Translations under genes and position numbers: made by a program
Part shown: positions 7,587 through 15,253 of the stretch, piece after piece
Position numbering within the stretch: the stretch's first letter is position 1
How the letters are laid out: each line of letters opens with the position of its first letter
The notes under the pieces: generated by a model
What the model was told of the DNA's origin: nothing
The model's input: only the letters and a program-made list of their open reading frames with translations
Database searches by the model: none
Source: an uncultured Solirubrobacteraceae bacterium
GTDB lineage: Bacteria > Actinomycetota > Thermoleophilia > Solirubrobacterales > Solirubrobacteraceae
NCBI GenBank assembly: GCA_964588985.1
Contig: CAZPQW010000011.1
Location: forward strand, 1 to 64,000
DNA length: 64,000 bases
Reading direction: 5' to 3'

Positions 7587-9958
7587 CCCACGAACTCGAG
7601 CAGCTGCAGCAGCTCGTCGAGGAATTCTCGACACAGCTACAGACCGCGGTCGCGCGGATCGAGGAGCTCGAGTCGCGCCCCGAGGCCGACCAGATCGCCG
7701 GGAACACCGCGCGGCTGAACGCTGCCGGCGAAGTCGAAGAGATCACGACCGGCAACGAAGCGCTCGCCGGCGAGATGCCATGGGCGACCGGCGAAGACAC
7801 CGAGGTGTGGCTCAGCCCCCTCGCGATCAACCCGAAGGCCCCGCCCTACAACTGCAAGTTCGACCTCTACGCGACCGTGAAAGGCTCGATCGCGGAAGAA
7901 AGCAACGAACTCACCGTCGGCGGGTACATCTTCACCACCGCAGACATCGGCAAGCAGCACAACGTGCAGGGCGCCGGCGTCGCCGCCGGCGAGCTATCCG
8001 GCGAAATCATTGGGGTCACGAAAGGCAAAGCGGTGCTGTCCGTGGCGGCGTCGACGACGGTCGCGGGAGCGAACACGCTCTTCGGGACCGACGACACGAT
8101 CGGCCTGAACAAAGCATTCGCCGACGTCAGCGGGAGCGGTCATGGCGCGATCCCGCTCGCCCGCGAAATCATCATGCCGCAGGGCGCCGCGCTCGTCACG
8201 AAACTCCTGGCGCCCCGCCACGGCGCGGTGCGCGGGTGCACGCCGGCGTGGCAGCAGACCGGACGCGTGTTCAGCTTCTACGAGGGGTGGACACAGAACG
8301 GCGGGACCACCATCTACCAGAAGTGGGGTCAGACCGAAGACGCCGTCCGCTGCAAACAGATCAGCGGCCTAGAATGGGCCGGGATCATGGAAGGGTTCTG
8401 CGTGCTGCAGCACCCCACGAACACGGGCGGGAAGGGCATCAGCTTCCGCAACGCCGCCGGCGAACCACTGCTCCTGGTCGACGGCGCGAAATTCAGGAAC
8501 ATCCGCGTCGAAGGGTTCGCGAGCGCCGGCATCGAGATCCCCACCGGCGCGGTCCCCGGCCTCTTCGAGAACGTCAACGTCGAACAAAACGGGCTCGTCG
8601 ACGGCAGCCCCGGCATCCTCTACACCTGCCACGGCACCGGCGACGACATGACGTTCACGTTCCCCTCCGGGGCGAAGAACGCGACCGCGCTGATCGAAAT
8701 CAAAGGCGCCGGCGCGACCAAAGGCAAGATCCGGATCACCGACCTCCACAGCGAGTTCGGGCCCAACGAAATCCGCCGGCCGGGCGGGGCGCCATGCCAA
8801 GCCAACGCGGTGATCCTGAACAACATCCCACGCGCCTGCGTCGACATCGCCGGGATCACCCACCGCGCCGACTCGAACAGCAAAGGCTTCGGCGCGGAAT
8901 CCGAACTCGGCGCCGCGATCAAGAGCACCGGCGGGACACCCAACCTCACCTGGAAAGCCTGCAACGTCACCGTGCAGGAACCACAAACCCAAGGCTACGC
9001 CTACGAAAACGTCACCAAGAAAGAAAAGATCGCCGCGGCCGGCGGGACACTCCTCGTCACCGGCAACGGCGAATACAACCTCGGGGAAGGCCACAGCCGC
9101 AGCGTCCGCGCGATCGGCGACGAAGCGACGAACATCACGCTCACCGACGACCTCCTCGTCTACACCACCACGCTCACCGGTGAACACGCCGCGAACCTCC
9201 CGCAGGTCGCCGGCGCCGAAGGCCCCGCCCCCCGCCTCGGCCAAGAATTCGAGCTGAAAGACGCCACCGGCCTGATGTCCAACACGCTCCTCGTGAACGT
9301 GGCAGCGCACGCAGGCGACACGCTCGTAGGAGACACACAGCTCGTCTCCCCATACAGCACCCTCAAAGTGGTCTGGGACGGCACCGTGTGGGTCGGGACC
9401 CTCACCGTCAACCCCGTCATGGACTGGAAGAATCCCACATCCGGTGAGGAGGTCATGCCGCTCGCGGAGGCCCAAGCAACCGCGCTCGCGCTGACCACCG
9501 GGCAGATGCTCTTCACGATCTTCGAGGCGAAACGCACCGAGCCCATAACGAAGATTCGGATCCCGACCGGCACCACCGGACACCTCGCGGAAGGCGCCGG
9601 CGCCGCGGTCGAAGCCGGCATCTTCACCGTCGCCAGCAACGGCGCGCTCGCGCTGATCACGAAGACCGCGAGCGAAGTGAAAGCCATGGAAAAAGCCCAA
9701 GAAGAGACCCAACAAGCACTCCTCGCTGAATGGGCAAAGAAACGCGGCGTGAAGTACGCCTACGGGCTCCTCGTCGTCAGCAGCGCGATGCCAACGACAG
9801 TCGGAGCGAACTTCGCATCCGCCGCGATCGCGGGCGGCGGGAACGGCCGGCCTCGGCGCTGCGGCGTCGTCACCGGCCTCGCGAGCATCCCCGCAGAAGT
9901 CGCCCCAGGATCGATCGCGAACCTCGTCCGCGCCCCCTACGCCATGTTCGTGCCGTGA
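7583..9958 (+). CDS. Spike/receptor-binding protein with beta-helix (pectate-lyase-like) region
   Basis: 791 aa; N-terminal coiled coil; GTDDTIGLNKAF..IIMPQG tailspike-type motif; beta-helix-like repeats. Confidence 0.8.
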   Translation: MTHELEQLQQLVEEFSTQLQTAVARIEELESRPEADQIAGNTARLNAAGEVEEITTGNEALAGEMPWATGEDTEVWLSPLAINPKAPPYNCKFDLYATVKGSIAEESNELTVGGYIFTTADIGKQHNVQGAGVAAGELSGEIIGVTKGKAVLSVAASTTVAGANTLFGTDDTIGLNKAFADVSGSGHGAIPLAREIIMPQGAALVTKLLAPRHGAVRGCTPAWQQTGRVFSFYEGWTQNGGTTIYQKWGQTEDAVRCKQISGLEWAGIMEGFCVLQHPTNTGGKGISFRNAAGEPLLLVDGAKFRNIRVEGFASAGIEIPTGAVPGLFENVNVEQNGLVDGSPGILYTCHGTGDDMTFTFPSGAKNATALIEIKGAGATKGKIRITDLHSEFGPNEIRRPGGAPCQANAVILNNIPRACVDIAGITHRADSNSKGFGAESELGAAIKSTGGTPNLTWKACNVTVQEPQTQGYAYENVTKKEKIAAAGGTLLVTGNGEYNLGEGHSRSVRAIGDEATNITLTDDLLVYTTTLTGEHAANLPQVAGAEGPAPRLGQEFELKDATGLMSNTLLVNVAAHAGDTLVGDTQLVSPYSTLKVVWDGTVWVGTLTVNPVMDWKNPTSGEEVMPLAEAQATALALTTGQMLFTIFEAKRTEPITKIRIPTGTTGHLAEGAGAAVEAGIFTVASNGALALITKTASEVKAMEKAQEETQQALLAEWAKKRGVKYAYGLLVVSSAMPTTVGANFASAAIAGGGNGRPRRCGVVTGLASIPAEVAPGSIANLVRAPYAMFVP

Positions 9959-10635
9959 CCCAAGAGCAACGCATCGCCCAGCTCGAGCAGAAGGTCCAAG
10001 CCCTCGAAGGCCACCAAGACCAAATCACCCCCGGCGCCTACAGCATCAACTCCGAAGGCAAGATCGAGGAGAAACTCACCGGGCACCTCGAAGCCCAAGG
10101 CATCGACCTGCCACTCGGATCCGGTGAACCAAGCAGGATCACATGGGGCGCCAGCGGCCGCCAGGGCGTGATCTTCACAGGCCCCTCAGGAGCCTCGGGG
10201 GCCGTCCTACAGATGAGGGCCTACTCGGAAACCGAGCAGACCCTGCTCGATCTCGCCGCCGACGGAGAAGGCAACGGGCTGGCGAACCTCGTCGTCGATG
10301 CGCACGCAGTTACGCTTCTCGACGCGGACGGCAACAGCGCATTCGCGCGCCTCAGCACCCTCGGCAATATCCGTCTCTCATTCGGGATCGCGACCCTCAC
10401 CTATCCCGGCGGCAGCGAACAGAGCGATACCGCGACTATCGCGAGCTTCCCCGAAGCCAAAAGCGGCGGCGCGCTCTACTTCACCCAGGCCGTCGAGGCC
10501 GAAGGCAACAGCCGCTTCGGCGTGGTCGTCAACCCCGCCGCCGACAGCTTTGACCTCTACCTCCAGAGCACCGTGGGGGAACCCCCAGCCGGCACCAAAG
10601 AGCACTGCTACTGGCTCGCGATCCTCATCGACTGA
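9955..10635 (+). CDS. Second spike/vertex protein (226 aa)
   Basis: GTGA overlap; starts MTQEQRIAQLEQKVQALEG; N-terminus resembles that of the 791-aa spike. Confidence 0.75.
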   Translation: MTQEQRIAQLEQKVQALEGHQDQITPGAYSINSEGKIEEKLTGHLEAQGIDLPLGSGEPSRITWGASGRQGVIFTGPSGASGAVLQMRAYSETEQTLLDLAADGEGNGLANLVVDAHAVTLLDADGNSAFARLSTLGNIRLSFGIATLTYPGGSEQSDTATIASFPEAKSGGALYFTQAVEAEGNSRFGVVVNPAADSFDLYLQSTVGEPPAGTKEHCYWLAILID

Positions 10636-10650
10636 AAGGAGAGAACCGCC

Positions 10651-10719
10651 ATGCGCCACCGCAAACCGAAGGGCCACAAAAAGGGCTGCAAATGCGTCGT
10701 CTGCCGACGCAAACGCTGA
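10651..10719 (+). CDS. 22-aa highly basic peptide with H-x3-C-x-C-x2-C motif
   Basis: MRHRKPKGHKKGCKCVVCRRKR; strong SD AAAGGAG upstream; fills the gap between spike and lysin. Confidence 0.62.
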   Translation: MRHRKPKGHKKGCKCVVCRRKR

Positions 10720-10754
10720 TAGGACTGAGTCTCAAACGAGGAAGGGAGCGGCCC

Positions 10755-11402
10755 ATGTGGGTCATGTACGACAGCACCGACGTGGGCCAAATCCCCACCA
10801 ACGCACAAGCCGTCGCCGGCTACGTCGGCGGACACTGGCCGACCTACCCCGAGCTCGTCAAGCGCTTCCCGCACGCCCAACACCTCTCGATCGCCGTCAG
10901 CGCCCAAGAGGACGCCGACTGCCTCGACATCGAGAAAGGCGACGCCACACCAGCCGACGCCCCAGGCTGGTACCACCGCCAACGCGCACGCGGCCTCACG
11001 CGGCCCGCGTTCTACGGCAGCCTCTCGCTCATCCCCGCGATCATGAGCACCCTCGGGTTCGCCGGGATCCCACGCAGCGCCTACCGCATCCTGAGCGCCC
11101 ACTACACCGGACACCCCCACATCTGCGGTCCCGCGTGCGGCCTCTCACCGCCCGCGGACGGCACCCAATGGACTGGCGGGAACAGGTACGACGAGTCGCT
11201 CCTCAGCAGCGCGTTCTTCAACGCCCCGCCCCCGAGCCCGCTCACCCCCGAAGAGCAGCTCGTGATCGCGCACATCCGCCGCCTCCGCCAAGAGATCTAC
11301 AACGCCGCCGAACACGGCCAGCTACCCAACGGACACCCCACCCAACGCGGCTGGCGCCTCCACCACCGCGCCGAGCGCTACCAACTCCTCAAACACCCCT
11401 GA
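10755..11402 (+). CDS. Putative endolysin (GH25-like/TIM-barrel glycoside hydrolase)
   Basis: MYDS..IP..A.AVAGYVGG, LDIEKGDA, AHYTG.PH and TQW..YDES motifs; SD AGGGAG before ATG 10755. Confidence 0.72.
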   Translation: MWVMYDSTDVGQIPTNAQAVAGYVGGHWPTYPELVKRFPHAQHLSIAVSAQEDADCLDIEKGDATPADAPGWYHRQRARGLTRPAFYGSLSLIPAIMSTLGFAGIPRSAYRILSAHYTGHPHICGPACGLSPPADGTQWTGGNRYDESLLSSAFFNAPPPSPLTPEEQLVIAHIRRLRQEIYNAAEHGQLPNGHPTQRGWRLHHRAERYQLLKHP

Positions 11403-11462
11403 GCTGGGGCTCACGCTGAGGGAGCGTAAAGGATTCTGTCCGGTCCAACCTGCAGGATCGCT

Positions 11463-11481
11463 CTAACGTCACCAACGTTAG
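11463..11481. promoter_or_regulatory. Perfect inverted repeat (operator candidate) CTAACGT-N5-ACGTTAG
   Basis: Contains a TAACGT -10-like hexamer and overlaps the SD (AGGAGG) of the 55-aa ORF. Confidence 0.5.
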
Positions 11482-11493
11482 GAGGGTCTTCCT

Positions 11494-11661
11494 ATGCAGG
11501 TCGTTTTGGAGCGCGAGAAGGAAACGAAGAACACCGTGCGGTTCAGGGAGCCGGACGGCGACGGAGAGCAGCAGCTCGGCATCATCTACGTCCCCAAGAG
11601 CACGGTGAGCGCTCTCGGGGATCCTGCTCTGCTGCAGATCACGCTCGCGGCAGCGGCCTAG
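11494..11661 (+). CDS. Small protein (55 aa), possible AbrB/swapped-hairpin DNA-binding protein
   Basis: MQVVLEREKETKNTVRFREP..LGIIYVPKSTVSALGDPALLQITL; strong SD AGGAGG. Confidence 0.7.
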   Translation: MQVVLEREKETKNTVRFREPDGDGEQQLGIIYVPKSTVSALGDPALLQITLAAAA

Positions 11662-11662
11662 A

Positions 11663-11715
11663 ACGACACCGGCCGGACAGGCGCTATTGCGTTCCGTCCG
11701 GCCGGGTCGTAACAT
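11663..11715 (+). promoter_or_regulatory. Long hairpin overlapping a sigma70-type promoter TTGCGT-17-TAACAT
   Basis: Arms at 11663-11678 and 11696-11710; -35 at 11687-11692, -10 at 11710-11715, ATG 8 nt downstream. Confidence 0.55.
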
Positions 11716-11723
11716 TCGCGCCT

Positions 11724-12188
11724 ATGGATGGGGTCTCATCCACAAGCGCACGATCCAATCTAGCCAACCGGCCCGATAGATCGCACGGACGCTTGCAAGC
11801 AGAACTCCGCCGCGACTTCGAAGCGGCGTTTGGAAGGCAGCCCCGGACCCGCCAGCTCGAGCACCTCGAGAACGCCGCCACGTGGATGATCCGGACGCGC
11901 CAGCACTCTGGGCCCGCGATCCGGCGGAGCTGGCCACAGATCGCGCGCGGCTGCGGGTTCCCGGATCTCGGGACCGTGCGCGCCGTCAGCGATCGCTGGA
12001 CTCGCCAGCTTTACCGGACGTTTGGCTATCTTCGTGAGATGGGCTGGGTCGACGGCTGGGAGGCCGTGATAGAGAGCAAGGGCAACTCGAGCGGGATCAT
12101 CTTGCGCGTGGGCCCCAAGGCTCCTGCGGGCCCGCTACCCTCCGGGGCTCGCCGGAGTAGCTCAGCTGGTAGAGCGCCTGTCTTGTAA
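11724..12188 (+). CDS. Winged-HTH protein (replication initiator or regulator candidate) overlapping the tRNA 5' half
   Basis: SWPQIARGCG..QLYRTFGYLREMGWV plus a beta wing; preceded by a good promoter; TAA stop lies in the tRNA anticodon loop. Confidence 0.6.
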   Translation: MDGVSSTSARSNLANRPDRSHGRLQAELRRDFEAAFGRQPRTRQLEHLENAATWMIRTRQHSGPAIRRSWPQIARGCGFPDLGTVRAVSDRWTRQLYRTFGYLREMGWVDGWEAVIESKGNSSGIILRVGPKAPAGPLPSGARRSSSAGRAPVL

Positions 12189-12223
12189 ACAGGGGGTCAG
12201 GGGTTCGAGTCCCCTCTCCGGCT
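12151..12223 (+). tRNA. tRNA-Thr(UGU)
   Basis: Acceptor GCCGGAG/CTCCGGC, D-arm GCTC/GAGC, anticodon stem CCTGT/ACAGG with loop CTTGTAA (TGT at 12184-12186), T-arm AGGGG-TTCGAGT-CCCCT; CCA not encoded. Confidence 0.97.
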
Positions 12224-12243
12224 TCGCAAGCTCCCCGGCTCGC

Positions 12244-12861
12244 CTAAGGGGCCAGACGCTCGATCAACCAGCCGTCGCTCTGACGCCGGTAGCGCAGTCG
12301 GTCGTGGAGGCGATCTTTGCGCTGCTGCCAGAACTCGAAGGTCTCCGCGGCGAGGCGGAAGCCGCCCCAATTGCTCGGCAGCGGAAGCTCGCTGTCCTCG
12401 TACTGCCCGTCCAGCTCGGCGACACGGCGCTCCAGCACCTGGCGACTGTCGATCGTGTGGCTCTGCGGCGAGGCGAGCGCGCTGAGCTGGCTGCCGCGCG
12501 GGCGTTCGCGGACATAGGCGGCCGTCTCCTCGGTGCTGGTGCGCGCGACGGGACCCTCGATCCTCACCTGCCGGCCGAGGACGTCCCAGTGAAAGAGCAG
12601 CGCCGCCCGCGGATTGGCGGCGAGCTCGCGACCCTTGCGACTGTCGTAGTTCGAGTAGAAGACGAACCCGCTCTCGTCGAAGCCCTTGAGGAGGACCATG
12701 CGAACCGACGGAGCGCCGTCCGCAGACGCGGTGGCGAGCGCGACGGCTTCGGCCAGGCGAACGTCGTCGGCCGCCTCCGCCTCCCGATACCACGCGGCGA
12801 ACTGGCGCACGGGATCGGGGTGGACATCCTCCTCGCGCAGCGGCTGTCCGTGATCGGTCAC
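12244..12861 (-). CDS. pdxH: Pyridoxamine 5'-phosphate oxidase
   Basis: PSVRMVLLKG, FYSNYDSRKG, RQVRIEG and EFWQQRKDRLHDRLRY motifs. Start 12861 (GTG, leaderless) or 12879. Confidence 0.93.
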   Translation of the reverse strand: MTDHGQPLREEDVHPDPVRQFAAWYREAEAADDVRLAEAVALATASADGAPSVRMVLLKGFDESGFVFYSNYDSRKGRELAANPRAALLFHWDVLGRQVRIEGPVARTSTEETAAYVRERPRGSQLSALASPQSHTIDSRQVLERRVAELDGQYEDSELPLPSNWGGFRLAAETFEFWQQRKDRLHDRLRYRRQSDGWLIERLAP

Positions 12862-12970
12862 GCTGGCATTGTGTCCCATCAGCGCTCGGGCACCGTGATC
12901 GTGCCCCAAGGATTGATATCTGCGCCGATATCTGTTTGCTGTCAGCTGAATGTTGGCTAGGCTGCGCCGC

Positions 12971-14971
12971 ATGTCCTTCCGTGCGCGCATCTCGATCCTC
13001 ACGTGTGTCCTCATGTACTCGCTCGCCGCGATGCCGGCCGCTGCCAACGCAGCCGCCTACGAAGTGGCGGTCACCACCACCGAAGACCGCGGCCTGACGG
13101 ACAACCCCAACTACTGCAGCGGGGAAGGCGCCGGCGGGGAAGAATGCCCGTTGCGCGCGGCCCTCGAAACGGCCAGCGAGATCACGTTCTTCGGCGGCGA
13201 AGAAATCGTCGTGGCGGTCCCCGCCGGCCACTACCTGCTGAGCAAAGGACCACTGCCGCTGGGTGACGCGCACGCCAAATCGTGTGTGTCGGGCGCCACG
13301 AAACCGGCATGCCCGGTCACGCTGAAGGGCGCCGGCGCAGGACTGACGATCATCGACGGGCAGGGTGCGAGCCGGCTGATCACCACAACCGAAGAAGCCG
13401 GGCCGGTGACGATCGCCGGGGTCGAGCTCACCCACGGCGCGGCGAAAAACGCAGGGGCGATCTATGCGTTCCTGACCGCCCTGACGGTGCGCGAAGCGCT
13501 GATCACCGAAAACGAAGCGACCGAACTGGGCGGAGCGATCGAGGCCGACTACAGCCCTGGACTGCTCGTGGAGAACAGCTCGATCACCCACAACGTCGCC
13601 TCCTACGGCGGTGGCATCCTGGCCCATGTCTCACTGGTCGAAATGATCGGCTCTACGCTTGCGAGCAATCACGCCTCCAAAGCCGGAGGTGGACTCACGC
13701 TGGAAGAGAACGCCGGCCTGGGGGCGATCGTGACCGACTCGACGATCGCAAACAACACGGCGCTCACTTCAGGTGGAGGCATCGCGGCACTCGCCACCTC
13801 ATTCGTGCTGCTGCACTACTCGACGGTCACCGCCAACGCCGCGGCGGAAGGTGGCGCGGTATTTGGCGCCGATCCCCTGGCGATCGAAGGCTCGATCCTC
13901 GCGGGCGACTCGCCCGACGAGTGCGCTGCGGCGAAAAACGCAAGCGCGGCCGGCGTGAACATCCTCTTCGGATCGTCCTCCTGCTCCTTCTCCGGGCCGG
14001 GGCCCCTCGCGGTCGACCCTCGACTCGGACCGCTCTCTGCGAGTGGCGGTCTCGGAGCCACGGTCCCGCTGCTTCATGGCAGTCCGGCCGTGGACGCAGG
14101 CGGCACCTCGTGCCCCGCCACGAATACCGGTGCGGGCCAGATCGACGGGCGCGGCGTTCGGCGCCCACAGGGAGCCGGATGCGACCTCGGAGCGTTCGAG
14201 TCCGCAGCCGATGCGGGGATCGCCCTCGCGGCGTCCCCGAACCCGGCGCTCGTGGGCGGCTCGCTTTCGCTGACGGCCAGCGCGTCCAACGTCGGACTCG
14301 AACCTCTGACGGGCGTGAGCGTGACGGTCCCCGTCCCCGCGGGTGCGAGCTTCGTCTCGGCGCCGGTGGGCTGCACAGCGGCGTTCGCCACAACTGCCAC
14401 TGTCACCTGCCAGCTCGGCTCGCTCGCCCCCGGACAGACGAGGTCCGTCTCGATCGCCATCCGCCCAGAACAGCTGGGCGCGCTGGTTGAGAGCGCGTCG
14501 GTGACCACCGACCAAGCCGACTACAACCCGTCGAACGACTCGACGACCGTCGCGAGCGTCGTCGCCACCGGGGTGACCAAAGCCCTGCCGCCCCTCAACT
14601 CGGCATCGGCGGCGCTCCTCAGCAAGATCCTCGCAGTCGACGCGCACGGCAACGTCACGATTCGCGTCAGGTGCACGGGCGGCCTCGGCGCACGCTGCCA
14701 GGACACCGTCGCGATCTACTCTGCCCGCGGGATCCTGCCCGCCGTCCTCGCCCGCCGCAGCTCCCGCGCCGTCCTGCTCGCTCGGCGTCATCTCGTCCTC
14801 GCGGTGGGCAAGACCGCCGTCCTGCATCTGCGCCTCGACCGGGCGGGCATGAAGCTACTGAGAGTGCATCGCGTCGCGTCCGCACGTCTCCTGATGGGCG
14901 CCGTCGCCACCGGCAGCGCAGGCAGCGTGCGCGGGTACGCGGTCGAGCTGGTGCGCGCACGACGACATTGA
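12971..14971 (+). CDS. Secreted protein with CSLREA-like/beta-helix (GGAI repeats), choice-of-anchor-Q-like and DUF11 domains
   Basis: Signal peptide; CPLRAAL; GGAI/GGGI repeats; GSPAVDAG..DGRG..RPQG.GCDLGAFE; DYNPSNDS. Confidence 0.8.
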   Translation: MSFRARISILTCVLMYSLAAMPAAANAAAYEVAVTTTEDRGLTDNPNYCSGEGAGGEECPLRAALETASEITFFGGEEIVVAVPAGHYLLSKGPLPLGDAHAKSCVSGATKPACPVTLKGAGAGLTIIDGQGASRLITTTEEAGPVTIAGVELTHGAAKNAGAIYAFLTALTVREALITENEATELGGAIEADYSPGLLVENSSITHNVASYGGGILAHVSLVEMIGSTLASNHASKAGGGLTLEENAGLGAIVTDSTIANNTALTSGGGIAALATSFVLLHYSTVTANAAAEGGAVFGADPLAIEGSILAGDSPDECAAAKNASAAGVNILFGSSSCSFSGPGPLAVDPRLGPLSASGGLGATVPLLHGSPAVDAGGTSCPATNTGAGQIDGRGVRRPQGAGCDLGAFESAADAGIALAASPNPALVGGSLSLTASASNVGLEPLTGVSVTVPVPAGASFVSAPVGCTAAFATTATVTCQLGSLAPGQTRSVSIAIRPEQLGALVESASVTTDQADYNPSNDSTTVASVVATGVTKALPPLNSASAALLSKILAVDAHGNVTIRVRCTGGLGARCQDTVAIYSARGILPAVLARRSSRAVLLARRHLVLAVGKTAVLHLRLDRAGMKLLRVHRVASARLLMGAVATGSAGSVRGYAVELVRARRH

Positions 14972-14998
14972 GCTGCCCGCGCTATCGGCAGGACGGCG

Positions 14999-15151
14999 CT
15001 AAGACCCCGTCACACCAACGACCACGAGCGTCACGCCGAGAACCAGCAGCAAACCCGGGACGAGCTTCCCGGCGGTCGAGTCGGTGTCTGCCCAGCGGCT
15101 CCAGGCCAGAGTTCCGGCGATCAGGATCGCCCCTGTGACGAGTTCGATCAT
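14999..15151 (-). CDS. Small two-TM membrane protein (50 aa)
   Basis: MIELVTGAILIAGTLAWSRWADTDSTAGKLVPGLLLVLGVTLVVVGVTGS; occupies an otherwise empty gap. Confidence 0.5.
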   Translation of the reverse strand: MIELVTGAILIAGTLAWSRWADTDSTAGKLVPGLLLVLGVTLVVVGVTGS

Positions 15152-15253
15152 CGTCGGTCAACTCTTCCACACAGCCCATAAACACCCACCCTCGCCCGAT
15201 AAACGTCATACTCTCGATCGAGTTAGTACTACGTTTCCCAAGGCGCTGAGACC

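Larger units (their letters stand above)
1..12188 (+). mobile_element. Integrated tectivirus-like (double jelly-roll, internal membrane) prophage, right part; left end outside window
   Basis: About 25 tightly packed, co-oriented, often ATGA/TGATG-coupled ORFs in the order packaging ATPase, small TM, DJR capsid, many small TM proteins, TM-anchored lytic enzyme, penton candidate, spikes, lysin. Ends at tRNA-Thr. No terminase, portal or tail genes seen. Confidence 0.88.

Noticed and set aside
7780-9715. Long alternative-frame ORFs (467 aa +, 448 aa -), and similar ones over clpC, ftsH and others
   Set aside because: Arg/Pro-rich shadow frames expected at high GC; they overlap well-supported genes and carry no motifs.
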